In this document: positions 39,677 through 48,735 of the stretch, piece after piece
Position numbering within the stretch: position 1 is the stretch's first letter
Layout of the letters: each line of letters begins with the position of its first letter
Source: Candidatus Bathyarchaeia archaeon
GTDB taxonomy: Archaea > Thermoproteota > Bathyarchaeia > Bathyarchaeales > Bathycorpusculaceae
NCBI GenBank assembly: GCA_038883795.1
Contig: JAVZLK010000004.1
Coordinates: forward strand, 52,795-116,794
Direction: 5' to 3'
DNA length: 64,000 nucleotides
Translations under genes and position numbers: made by a program
The notes under the pieces: generated by a model
Told to the model about the DNA's origin: nothing
Database searches by the model: none
Seen by the model: the letters and a program-made list of their open reading frames with translations, nothing else

Positions 39677-40582
39677 CTATTTCATTATCATTTGGACAAA
39701 TTTTTCTGGGTTAAACTCTTCTAAATCGTCATATTTTTGTCCAGTTCCAATGAAGAGGATAGGTTTTTTGGTTACGTAGGTTACGCTTAGGGCTGAGCCT
39801 CCTTTGATGTCTGCGTCAACTTTTGTCAGTATTGTTGCGTCTATCCCAACACTTTTGTGAAACTCTTCTGCCTGCATGACTGCATCATTGCCCGTTAAGG
39901 AATCCACTGTTAGTATTGTTAGGTCTGGGTTTGCGATACGTTTGATTTTTGCCAGTTCGTCCATTAGGTTTCTGTTTGTTTGCATTCTTCCAGCCGTATC
40001 TATCAAAACCACGTTTATTCCGTGGGCTTTTGCGTGGTTTATGGTATCATATGCCACAGCGGCGGGGTCTGAGCCATATTTGTGCCTAATCATTCGCATT
40101 TCTAAACGTTTTGCATGTTCCTCTAACTGCTCTATTGAACCAGCCCTGTAAGTGTCGCTGCATGCTAACACAACCGAATAGCCTTTCTTGTTTAGGAATT
40201 TGGCGACTTTGGCTATGGTTGTGGTTTTTCCTGTACCGTTTATGCCGACGAAAACTATGACGAAGGGTTCGCCTTTCTTGCGTTTTTCCTCAACAGCCCT
40301 TAACAAATCAATTTTATTATTTGTTAGCATGGTCTCCAAAAGGACTTCTTTGAGGTTTTTCTCCACTATTTTTCTGCGGTCTTCCAATCGTTTTACTTGG
40401 ACACCGTCTAAGCGTTTTTCCATTTCATTGCATATTCTTTCAGCCACTGGATAAGCAACATCATTTTCCACGAGGCTTATTTTGAATTCTGAAAGAAGCG
40501 GGCGGAGGTTTTCAGCTTTGAGCTCTGTTGTTGTAACTTTATTTACGAGTCCTTTTAGTCCAGATTTGAGTTTTTCAAACAT
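39677..40582 (-). CDS. ftsY: SRP receptor FtsY
   Basis: GINGTGKTTTIAK, DTYRAG, DTAGR, TKVD. Confidence 0.96.
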   Translation of the reverse strand: MFEKLKSGLKGLVNKVTTTELKAENLRPLLSEFKISLVENDVAYPVAERICNEMEKRLDGVQVKRLEDRRKIVEKNLKEVLLETMLTNNKIDLLRAVEEKRKKGEPFVIVFVGINGTGKTTTIAKVAKFLNKKGYSVVLACSDTYRAGSIEQLEEHAKRLEMRMIRHKYGSDPAAVAYDTINHAKAHGINVVLIDTAGRMQTNRNLMDELAKIKRIANPDLTILTVDSLTGNDAVMQAEEFHKSVGIDATILTKVDADIKGGSALSVTYVTKKPILFIGTGQKYDDLEEFNPEKFVQMIMK

Positions 40583-41021
40583 TTTCTGAAGCTTTCCTCT
40601 CCCTTAACTCTGCTATTAAGGCTTCAAATTTTTCTCTATCCTCTTCCATTCTTTCAGCTACTTGGGCGAGCTGCTGCTGAAGAGAATTTCTTGTTTTCTC
40701 CAAATTTTCTAAACGTTTTTTTATGATTTCTTTTGCCTCTTGAAGTGTTTTTTCTAGGGAAATTCCAGCGCCCATTCCAACAATTACTTTGTCTGGGTTT
40801 TCAAGTCTTGCTTTTATGTAGGAGTTGCCGCCTATTGGGACGAGGAGTTCCGTGTTTTCCTTTTCTTTCTCTAACCCTTCCAAGGTCATGCTTGCGTATG
40901 TTAGGTCTGTTATGACGGCGTTTACTGCGTTTATTCTGGACTGTATGGTTTCTGCTGTCTGTTCTAGGAAGCGGATTTCAACGCTTAGTTTGCGGAGTTC
41001 TTCTTCACTTTTGCTTGCCAA
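40575..41021 (-). CDS. pfdA: Prefoldin alpha subunit (start placed at TTG 41021)
   Basis: LLVPIGGNSYIKA, VIVGMGAG between coiled coils; conserved position before ftsY. Confidence 0.93.
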   Translation of the reverse strand: MASKSEEELRKLSVEIRFLEQTAETIQSRINAVNAVITDLTYASMTLEGLEKEKENTELLVPIGGNSYIKARLENPDKVIVGMGAGISLEKTLQEAKEIIKKRLENLEKTRNSLQQQLAQVAERMEEDREKFEALIAELRERKASENV

Positions 41022-41262
41022 CTTCCTCTTCTCCCAAAACAAGTTTTCTTAAAAGCGGACTTTCTATTTCATCAACTGGAACTTCTTCAACGTTTAGGAT
41101 TTTTATTTGGAAACGTTTAGCCCTATGTTTGCTGCCCAATTCTGCATAAACCCTTTCCACAGCATGCTCTGGCTTCACGGCTACAACTTCCTTCTTGAAA
41201 GGCGATTGCAAATTTGGCTTTCGAATTTCGCCCGTAACTCTGAAAACTTTCACTTTAATCAT
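41005..41262 (-). CDS. rplX: 50S ribosomal protein LX (eL20/L18a)
   Basis: VFRVTG, FKKEV, AVERVYAELGSKH. Confidence 0.92.
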   Translation of the reverse strand: MIKVKVFRVTGEIRKPNLQSPFKKEVVAVKPEHAVERVYAELGSKHRAKRFQIKILNVEEVPVDEIESPLLRKLVLGEEEVGKQK

Positions 41263-41935
41263 CCTCTTTCACAACATCCAAGGCATTCCCAATTATAAAC
41301 ATCTCGGGTCCAGTTGTTAAGGAACCAGCAACAGCCGCATATTTGTTGCCAATCAAACCAGTGCCCACATATGGAATGCCACAATTAACAGTGCCTACAT
41401 CCACTGGAACCTTTAAAACGTCTTCCAAAAGTTTTCGTTCAGAATCCTTCAACATGGGATGGGCTAGAACTCCTTTGTTTGTGGCGAAAGCCAAAGACCC
41501 AACATAAGGTAAACCAGCGATTTCGCCAGGCACGGCTTCAACACCGAGGGTTTCAGAAATTTTCTTAATTTCCGCACTCTTTAGTCTTGGGTCTACTATG
41601 GCGCCGTAATCGTTTGCTAAAACCATGTTTCCATAGGCTGTTTTCTTTGTCTCCATCACCGTTATGTTTCCTTCAAAAACAGCCTTTATTATGGCAAGCT
41701 CTTCTTCCCTAACGAAATGGGGAAGCAAAATCCCATTAGAGTTTGCACATGCAAGCGCTCCAACAAGAACTGAACCGCCAATTGTCGTGTGGATAAGTTT
41801 TACTTTAAGCCAATTTTCAATCCTTTCAGCCTTTTTAATTGGAATCAACTTTGGAATTATCACCACCTTATCTGTGGCAAGGGAGTATACGCCTATGCTT
41901 GGGCTTCCAAAAAGGCTGGAAAGGTAAACCGCCAA
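41255..41935 (-). CDS. eif6: Translation initiation factor 6
   Basis: IGVY, GSVLVG, NSNG, GNMVLAND, GTVNCG, TTGPE. Confidence 0.95.
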   Translation of the reverse strand: MAVYLSSLFGSPSIGVYSLATDKVVIIPKLIPIKKAERIENWLKVKLIHTTIGGSVLVGALACANSNGILLPHFVREEELAIIKAVFEGNITVMETKKTAYGNMVLANDYGAIVDPRLKSAEIKKISETLGVEAVPGEIAGLPYVGSLAFATNKGVLAHPMLKDSERKLLEDVLKVPVDVGTVNCGIPYVGTGLIGNKYAAVAGSLTTGPEMFIIGNALDVVKEDD

Positions 41936-41936
41936 G

Positions 41937-41958
41937 GACTATTCTCCTTCCGCTAAAT
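41937..41958. repeat. Imperfect direct repeat copy A (duplicate of rpl31e 3' end)
   Basis: gactattctccttccgctaaat vs gactagtctccttcagccaaat at 43154-43175; 19/22 identical. Confidence 0.75.
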
Positions 41959-42111
41959 CGTATTTGATTAATGTTCGCCAACTGCCGTTTTCTGGCATTT
42001 TTATCCTCTTCATGTCGATTGCTTTTATTTTATCTCACAACTATTTAACAATGAAACTTATATGTTTAGCTTTTAATTCATTTTGTCTTCATCATCTCAT
42101 AATTATGTATG

Positions 42112-43089
42112 CTAGTTTTGGAGAGCTTCAAGCATTGCTATTCCACTTTCCCTCAAAATTCGCGTATCCTTTTCCGCTAAACCCCAGCCACCCTCATTGT
42201 TGTCAAATAATAGTACGTATGTGAAGAATTCAAAATTTTTTCTACAATATTCTACAAATTCCCTAACCTGTTTGGCTTTAATGGTCTCGTTTGATACCAT
42301 TCCAAAGTCCCATTGACAGGGATCACCGGATCGCCATGTTCTGAAGCCATACTCACTCATATAAACCTGTTTTCCGGTTTGTTTGAAATATGCTGCCCAC
42401 AATTCGATGTATGTTGTATTCATATAGTTCCATTGCGGACTGAAGGGCATTATTCCATAAAGGTCCGCGTTTGGAATATATGGAACTGGAAAATCGTTGG
42501 GGTTGCCTTCAGTATCCATAGACACTTTTAACCCAAAACTCTTGATATAATCCACAATTTCTATTAAAGCTTCTTTGTAATCCGTAGAGTTTAACTTTTC
42601 ATTGATATCTTCCCATTTTTGGTTAAATGGTATTGGATAGAGGACTGCCATAAATGGAACATGGTCGTACTGGTGTGCGGTGATATTTCCACAAATTGCG
42701 CCCAATTCTCTCTTGTAATTGTTGATTATTGTCTCGTTTGGAAAATCGATGGTGGAATATTTATGTCCCCAGTATGTGGCATGAGTTGCAAATATCACCT
42801 TTAACCCAATCATTTTCGTATAGTTAAGAAGAGGCTCAACAATCCCGCTGTCTACAATATCTTCATAAAATATCTTAACACCATCAAACCCCATTCCTTT
42901 AATCAACATTAAATCCGAAATAATCTCAGTTATGTTGCATTGTCTCGTTCCCAAAGGCTGATAGGCACAAAACGCCCAACTCTTCCGCTTTTGACTAATT
43001 AATAAAAAATATCCGACTGCTGCAACGAAAATGATGAAAATTAGAATAAGGGTTATCCCAAATTTTTTGTCTACAAAGCTAGTTTTCAT
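42112..43089 (-). CDS. Membrane-anchored TIM-barrel glycoside hydrolase-like protein (clan GH-A-like)
   Basis: N-terminal TM; DLMLIKGMGFDGVKIF, GLKVIF, KQVYMSEYGF (nucleophile-like Glu), WGL; start at ATG 43089 (track ORF extends to 43140). Confidence 0.65.
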   Translation of the reverse strand: MKTSFVDKKFGITLILIFIIFVAAVGYFLLISQKRKSWAFCAYQPLGTRQCNITEIISDLMLIKGMGFDGVKIFYEDIVDSGIVEPLLNYTKMIGLKVIFATHATYWGHKYSTIDFPNETIINNYKRELGAICGNITAHQYDHVPFMAVLYPIPFNQKWEDINEKLNSTDYKEALIEIVDYIKSFGLKVSMDTEGNPNDFPVPYIPNADLYGIMPFSPQWNYMNTTYIELWAAYFKQTGKQVYMSEYGFRTWRSGDPCQWDFGMVSNETIKAKQVREFVEYCRKNFEFFTYVLLFDNNEGGWGLAEKDTRILRESGIAMLEALQN

Positions 43090-43153
43090 AGTTGTAATTT
43101 CAACGGAAATTGGTTTAAAGGATTTTACAATTTTGCACACACAAAACGCCGAT

Positions 43154-43175
43154 GACTAGTCTCCTTCAGCCAAAT
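43154..43175. repeat. Imperfect direct repeat copy B (current rpl31e 3' end)
   Basis: Covers last codons LAEGD* of rpl31e; partner at 41937-41958. Confidence 0.75.
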
Positions 43176-43668
43176 AAACCGTTACGTTGCCTTCTTTATC
43201 TTTTGCAGCCCTAACCCTAACCTTCCTCGGAGGCTTCTCTATGCCTCTGCTCCAAATCTTTTCATTAACTTCATTACTAATGATAAGCCTTTTAGGCGCT
43301 TCTTCCTCCTCCCCTTCCTCTCTCTTCTCAAGTTTCATATGCTTAATCAAAAAACTCTTAATAATGCGCATGGCTCGAGGCGCCCTCTTCCTCTGCGGAC
43401 CAATCCACGCTCTACCCAATGGAATTGTGTAAATCCTTTCTTCAACAATTTCTTCTTCAGGCCTTTCTTCCCGCGGTGGTTGTTTAGCCTCTTCCTCTTT
43501 TGATGGTGGCGGCATCTCTTCTTCTGCTATTGTTGTTTCAGCGGTTTCCTCAACTTTTTCCCCTCTTTCTTCCTCTGTTGTTTCTTCGGTTTTTGCTTCT
43601 TCTTCTGTTTCCGCTAACTCTTCTTTTTCCTCTTCGATTGGTTCTTCCTCAATTTTTTCTTCTTCCAT
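43156..43668 (-). CDS. rpl31e: 50S ribosomal protein L31e with long acidic N-terminal extension
   Basis: ERIYTIPL, KRAPRA, NEKIWSRGIEKPPRKVRV. Confidence 0.95.
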   Translation of the reverse strand: MEEEKIEEEPIEEEKEELAETEEEAKTEETTEEERGEKVEETAETTIAEEEMPPPSKEEEAKQPPREERPEEEIVEERIYTIPLGRAWIGPQRKRAPRAMRIIKSFLIKHMKLEKREEGEEEEAPKRLIISNEVNEKIWSRGIEKPPRKVRVRAAKDKEGNVTVYLAEGD

Positions 43669-43680
43669 GAGCTATTCCTT

Positions 43681-43836
43681 CTAAGCCTTTATTTTTCTGA
43701 TTCTCCACATTCTCCTCTTTGGATGCGTCCTAAATTTTCCAGCAGTTTTCGCTATAACCCATGTTGGAACAGCCTTCTTTTGTTTTCCTGCCTTTGCTAG
43801 TCGCCGTTTTTTTGCTGTAGGTTTGTTTCTTGCCAT
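43681..43836 (-). CDS. rpl39e: 50S ribosomal protein L39e (not in ORF track)
   Basis: Manual translation [51 protein letters not shown], 51 aa, conserved position. Confidence 0.95.
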   Translation of the reverse strand: MARNKPTAKKRRLAKAGKQKKAVPTWVIAKTAGKFRTHPKRRMWRIRKIKA

Positions 43837-43838
43837 GT

Positions 43839-44171
43839 TTATATCCTTCTTATACGTGGTTCACGTCTTTGACTTTGAAGTTGGATGAGTATTTCCTTTA
43901 ATTGAGCATCCGTTAAGGGTATGGGAAGTCTTCCTTGCTGCGCTAGTTGGATTAGCTGAAGTTCCAATTGTTCTGTGAATTCTGGTCTAACCATTTTAAG
44001 GTTTGTAAGCCTTTGTCTGGCATCTGGCGTTAGTATTTTTCTAAGCAAAGCCTGTTTTTGCTGTTCTATCTGCGCTTGTCGTTGCTCTTCAGCCAATTTC
44101 TGCTGTAAGGCTAAAAGTTTTCTTCTTCTAAGCTCTTCCAACTCATTTTCGTCCGCAGACATTTCACTCAC
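43839..44171 (-). CDS. PDCD5-like DNA-binding protein (alternative start ATG 44162)
   Basis: [29 protein letters not shown]. Confidence 0.92.
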   Translation of the reverse strand: MSEMSADENELEELRRRKLLALQQKLAEEQRQAQIEQQKQALLRKILTPDARQRLTNLKMVRPEFTEQLELQLIQLAQQGRLPIPLTDAQLKEILIQLQSQRREPRIRRI

Positions 44172-44632
44172 CCTTTTTGGTATTTCTCTAATTCTGGAAT
44201 CGCCTTCACCAGCTCCTTGCCAACATCTTCGGCTATTTCTTGCAGAAGTTTTCTCCCTTCCTTCGTCATTCTTCTTCCCTGAGGCTTTGCGGTTTCAATC
44301 AAACCCGCCGATTCCAACTGTTGTAAAGCCTTCCTTATTATTGCGCCGCCAGCTTTAACTGCATGTTCCGGTTTGACGCCAAAATCTTTTCTTCCACCAT
44401 ATTCAGCCCTCAGCTTTTCCAAGCCAATGGGTCCGTGAATGTAAATTTTCCGCAGCAGTGAGGCACAGCGAACATACCACCAGTCGGAGTTTTGAGGCTG
44501 CCTCTGAACATGCGAGCCGGTCTTTACAATATTAGCCCAGTTTGGCGGACTTACCTCGTCCACATTTTCCTTTAGATACTTAGCTAGTTTTTCGATGAAT
44601 TTTGATGCTGGAACATCGTGGGGCGTTTTCAA
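44168..44632 (-). CDS. rps19e: 30S ribosomal protein S19e
   Basis: [32 protein letters not shown]. Confidence 0.96.
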   Translation of the reverse strand: MKTPHDVPASKFIEKLAKYLKENVDEVSPPNWANIVKTGSHVQRQPQNSDWWYVRCASLLRKIYIHGPIGLEKLRAEYGGRKDFGVKPEHAVKAGGAIIRKALQQLESAGLIETAKPQGRRMTKEGRKLLQEIAEDVGKELVKAIPELEKYQKG

Positions 44633-44689
44633 ATTGCTTATCCTCTCGGCTTTTCCTTCAGTAAATCATGAAGCCTCATATAAAGGCTT

Positions 44690-44971
44690 TCACTTTCTGC
44701 GGCGCTTATAAAGCATGAACGTGTGTCCTCTAACCTCAACCAAGGATGCTTCTGTTTGTTCAGCAATTCTTGAAGCTATTTCTTTTGCCTTATTTCCTTC
44801 GAGGGCGCTTTTTAAAACTTTAACCTTAACCATCTCATTCTTTTCCAATTGCTTCTCAATTTCTTTTAAAAGCTCTTTCGAAGCTCCGCTTTTACCAACC
44901 CATATGGTGGGTTTTTCTCCGCTTAATCTGCGCTTAATTCGGCGCTTCATTCGAAAAGTTAGTTTACTCAA
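44690..44971 (-). CDS. YhbY/CRM-domain RNA-binding protein
   Basis: PTIWVGKSG, EMVKVK, RGHTFMLY. Confidence 0.9.
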   Translation of the reverse strand: MSKLTFRMKRRIKRRLSGEKPTIWVGKSGASKELLKEIEKQLEKNEMVKVKVLKSALEGNKAKEIASRIAEQTEASLVEVRGHTFMLYKRRRK

Positions 44972-45314
44972 AATTATCTTGCTCCTTCTTAGTTTTTAAC
45001 GGTATGCGCATGTGTTCGCCACAGTTTAAACAGGTAATCACCACGTGAGGCTCTCTTCGTTTTTTTATTCGCACACGGGAATTAACTCCTGGAAGAATAA
45101 AGCTTTTGCAGTGCCTACAAACTTGGCGTCTATACTCCCTTGGTAGGCGAACTTTGGCTGCCATGGCTATTTTTCTGGCTAAGTCTACGTAACGTTGTGC
45201 TAAGGCTGGGTCTTCGTGGATGGTTTCTTTTGCTAAGCGGAAAAGGGTTTGTATGCGTTGTTTTGCTATTCTTTTTGTGTTAGAATCCATAATTTTCGGC
45301 ATTACTCCATTCAT
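44964..45314 (-). CDS. rnp4: RNase P protein component 4 (Rpp21)
   Basis: RIQTLF, RYVDLA, CRHC...PG...CLNCG. Confidence 0.92.
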   Translation of the reverse strand: MNGVMPKIMDSNTKRIAKQRIQTLFRLAKETIHEDPALAQRYVDLARKIAMAAKVRLPREYRRQVCRHCKSFILPGVNSRVRIKKRREPHVVITCLNCGEHMRIPLKTKKEQDNFE

Positions 45315-45357
45315 AACAATGCTAAAAGAGCCTTATTACCGTTTGTCTATACATAAA

Positions 45358-46167
45358 CTATGCTTTTCCTTTAGCCTTTTCTCTTTCCATGTCCCAGCGT
45401 TTGAACACTTCTTCCACAATTTGGGGTCTCAAAACAAAAATGTCTTCGGGATGCTCAACATACAAATAAACCATGTAAACCCTTTCAAAAGCACCCGACC
45501 TAACGAGCATATACTTTGGCTTTTTAGGAAGCATATGCAAGTATCTTTCAAAAACTTCGTTAAAGATTTCCGCCATTTTAGTACTAGAAACGCTATGGTC
45601 GAAACCTACTTCGAAGGTGTAACAGTAAAGGCTTAAGTGTTCTTCGCTTTCGTAGGAGTAGTTGGTTATATCTCTATCCATGATTTGAAGGTTGCTTATT
45701 GAGACAACATTGTTTCCTATCGTGAGGATTTTTGTGTAGTTGATTGTGATTTCTTGAACTATTCCTTCCACAGTTCCTATACGAACATAATCGCCAACCT
45801 TGAAAGGTCTTGTAGCGAACAAGTAAAGTCCAGCTATAAAATTTCCAATAGTCCGAGTTGACGCGAAACCAACAGCTGTGCCTCCTAGGGCGGATAAGGC
45901 TACAATCCATTCGGATGGTAACCCGCCAACTCTGAATAAGGCTAATGTGGCTCCAATCAATATTAATATTCTAAAAGTCAAAACCATGCTATTTGCAACA
46001 TAAGGCGCCAAATGCGCTCGCTTAGCAAACTTTCGCAAATATCTCGTTATAACCCTTTCCAAAATGAGCGCCACAACGCCAATGGCTATTATCCAAATAA
46101 TAGTGGATAGGCTAACTCCAAACAGCGTTTGAGACTCTAAATATTCAAAGAAATCTTGAACACTCAT
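45358..46167 (-). CDS. MscS-family mechanosensitive channel
   Basis: GFAS...GNFIAG, RPFKVGDYV, EGIVQEI. Confidence 0.85.
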   Translation of the reverse strand: MSVQDFFEYLESQTLFGVSLSTIIWIIAIGVVALILERVITRYLRKFAKRAHLAPYVANSMVLTFRILILIGATLALFRVGGLPSEWIVALSALGGTAVGFASTRTIGNFIAGLYLFATRPFKVGDYVRIGTVEGIVQEITINYTKILTIGNNVVSISNLQIMDRDITNYSYESEEHLSLYCYTFEVGFDHSVSSTKMAEIFNEVFERYLHMLPKKPKYMLVRSGAFERVYMVYLYVEHPEDIFVLRPQIVEEVFKRWDMEREKAKGKA

Positions 46168-46218
46168 GGCTTATTCCGTTTTGTTCTGCATGTTAAACAT
46201 CTCTTCTATAAAGGCTTT

Positions 46219-47397
46219 TCATTCCCTTATAGCCTTCAACAAAAGAACAGTCGCAAAAATTTGAGTTATGACCGCATAAAAAGCCACGAAAAGGAACGAG
46301 ATTTTCAAGTATAAGAATAACCCGAATATTCCACCGCTGATAAGTTCACCGACACCATAAGCAACATTGAATAGTCCGTAGGCGGTGCCCCGTGAAGAAA
46401 CCGGCGTAAGCTGTGAAACTGCTGCACGGTAAACGGACTCTTGCATTCCCAAAACTAGACCAAAAAACAATGCGGCGGTGATCAGGGCTGTTAAGTCCGC
46501 ATTTATCATTGCAAATAATGTTGGAAAAATTGAAAGGATGAAAGGCAAGGCTAAAACCTTGATTTTATACTTGTCATAGGAATATCCCGCAAAAAGGGCT
46601 GTCGGCGCGTCGATTCCTTGTATTAGCATGTATATGAGGGGAACAATCCACTGCTGGTTTGCTGGTTGAAGAATTGCTGAAGCTTTAAGAAGTATAAGCT
46701 CATATGGAATAAGCCCCAGCGTGTTCAACAAGACGGCAGAGGTGTAAATGTAAAAGGCTTTTCCAAGTCTATTGCCCTTTTCTTGTCTTTTTCCCACTTC
46801 AGTTGGCTCACCCAAGCCGACTTTCCCATAAGTGAAGACTAGAAAAGCCATTAGCATAAGAAATGGCACAAGCAAGAAACCAAAGGTTTGGCTGTAATTG
46901 TTTCCGCTGTAAAACATTAAAGCTGCGACAACGAGGGGACCCAAAATTGCGCCTATCTGGTCTAAAAGTTCATGAATTCCAAAGGCTTTTCCAGCTCCAA
47001 CACCCTTGCTAACGATGGATAGCACAGCGTCTCTGGCCGGCGATCTAATTGCTTTTCCAATGCGTTCAAGTAAAACGAGGATTATTGCTATCCACCAGAG
47101 ACTTGTAAAGCCCAAGAGCGGAACAGCCACTATCAGGCCATATCCCAGAAATATGAAAGCCCAATAAGCCTTAGTGATGTCGGCGAGCGCTCCGCTTACA
47201 AGCCTTAAGGCATAGCCTAAAAACTCCCCAAACCGCCCAACAAAGACTATGATGAAGGCTGAAGCGCCCAAAAAAGCCAGATAAGCGGGCACAAGCCCTC
47301 GTGAACCTTCATAAATAACATCTCCCAGAAGACTAACTATTCCAAGGAAAAGAATGGACGTGTAAATGCTTCTTGCACTGGTAGGCTTTGTTTTCAT
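46219..47397 (-). CDS. MFS transporter
   Basis: About 12 TM; VSLLGD, ERIGKAIRSPARD, GKAFG, RGTAYG. Confidence 0.88.
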   Translation of the reverse strand: MKTKPTSARSIYTSILFLGIVSLLGDVIYEGSRGLVPAYLAFLGASAFIIVFVGRFGEFLGYALRLVSGALADITKAYWAFIFLGYGLIVAVPLLGFTSLWWIAIILVLLERIGKAIRSPARDAVLSIVSKGVGAGKAFGIHELLDQIGAILGPLVVAALMFYSGNNYSQTFGFLLVPFLMLMAFLVFTYGKVGLGEPTEVGKRQEKGNRLGKAFYIYTSAVLLNTLGLIPYELILLKASAILQPANQQWIVPLIYMLIQGIDAPTALFAGYSYDKYKIKVLALPFILSIFPTLFAMINADLTALITAALFFGLVLGMQESVYRAAVSQLTPVSSRGTAYGLFNVAYGVGELISGGIFGLFLYLKISFLFVAFYAVITQIFATVLLLKAIRE

Positions 47398-47427
47398 TCA
47401 TGTCTCCTTCAAGGTAACTTTTACCGT

Positions 47428-47898
47428 TTACTTGGAGGTTGTTAAGATTTTCGCTATTCTTTCAAGCCACTCTTTATCTTTCTCGTCGAAACTTCCATAC
47501 TTTTCACTGTCTACGTCAAGCACAGCTACAACAGCGCCTTTTTCATTAAAGACTGGAACGGCGATTTCAGACTTAGACCTAGGGTCGCAAACAATATGTC
47601 CTGGAAACTCGTGGACGTTCGGCACAATTATAGTCTTGCCGCTTCGAGCACATTTCCCGCAAACACCAGTATATGCTATTTGGGCGCATGCTGGCGGTCC
47701 CTCCGAGGGTCCCAGTTCTAAATAATTCTCTCTTGGAAAGTAAAATCCAACCCAGAAATAGTAGGGAATTTCAGCCTTCAAAATTTTGCATGCAATGCGC
47801 ATTTTCTCTTTTAACGGTTTTCCCTTAACATTTTCCTCTATTCTTTTCAGACATTCTCTGTAGAGCGCATCTTTTTCAAATGGCTTTGCGTTCGCCAC
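47428..47898 (-). CDS. msrC: GAF-domain free methionine-(R)-sulfoxide reductase-like protein
   Basis: WVGFY, PAC...GVCG, FPGHIVCD, SEIAVP, LDVDS. Confidence 0.8.
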   Translation of the reverse strand: MANAKPFEKDALYRECLKRIEENVKGKPLKEKMRIACKILKAEIPYYFWVGFYFPRENYLELGPSEGPPACAQIAYTGVCGKCARSGKTIIVPNVHEFPGHIVCDPRSKSEIAVPVFNEKGAVVAVLDVDSEKYGSFDEKDKEWLERIAKILTTSK

Positions 47899-48023
47899 AA
47901 TTCCACACCTTGATTGAATAGCTGAAATCTTTTGATATGACTGTTCAATGGAATTTAATGAGATAAAGCTTTTATTGAGGCTTTGGGCTTAGTTTGGCAA
48001 ATATCCAATAAGACGGTGCCAAA

Positions 48024-48731
48024 ATGGCTTTGCAAAAAGGCGACTTCATACTAATCGATTATGTTGCCAAGGTTAAGGAGACAGGCGAAGTTTTCGACAC
48101 AACAATAGAGGAGACAGCCAAAAAAGAGCGCTTATACAAGGAAGGCGAAATTTACGAGCCAAAACTTGTAGTAATCGGCGAAGGATGGGTTCTCAAAGCT
48201 TTGGATGAAAGCCTAACAACAATGGAGATTGGAAAAACAAGTTCCGTGGAGATTCCACCGGAAAAAGCCTTTGGACCCCGAGATTCAGAAAAGGTTAGGC
48301 GTGTTCCCTTGAGGCATTTGACAGCTAAAGGCATAACTCCAACCCTTGGAATGCGACTGGAATATGAGGGAAAAATGGCAATTGTAAGGGCTGTTGGCGC
48401 TGGAAGAGTCCTTTTAGATTTTAATCCGCCATTGGCTGGAAAAACACTGGTTTATGAGGTTACGGTTCAGAAAAAGCTTGAAACATTAAACGAGAAAATT
48501 GCTGCCCTTATTCACCGTAGAATACCCGCCGTGGAAGCTGACAAGTTCAAGTTTTTGGTTAGGCAAAAAATTGTTAGCATAGAAATGCCAGAAGAAGCCT
48601 TCTACTTGGAGGGAATACAAGTAGCCAAAAGGGGCATAGCCATGGACATACAAAGGTTTTTCCCAAAAATAACAATGGTAAAATTCACAGAAACCTTTAA
48701 GGCGCAACCAAAAACCGAAGCCAAACAATAA
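48024..48731 (+). CDS. FKBP-type peptidyl-prolyl isomerase (long archaeal SlyD-like)
   Basis: GEVFDTT, PPEKAFG, DFNPPLAGK. Confidence 0.9.
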   Translation: MALQKGDFILIDYVAKVKETGEVFDTTIEETAKKERLYKEGEIYEPKLVVIGEGWVLKALDESLTTMEIGKTSSVEIPPEKAFGPRDSEKVRRVPLRHLTAKGITPTLGMRLEYEGKMAIVRAVGAGRVLLDFNPPLAGKTLVYEVTVQKKLETLNEKIAALIHRRIPAVEADKFKFLVRQKIVSIEMPEEAFYLEGIQVAKRGIAMDIQRFFPKITMVKFTETFKAQPKTEAKQ

Positions 48732-48735
48732 AAGC

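Noticed and set aside
43440-43668. TTC/CTT-rich tract resembling a simple repeat
   Set aside because: Explained by Glu codons of the L31e extension.
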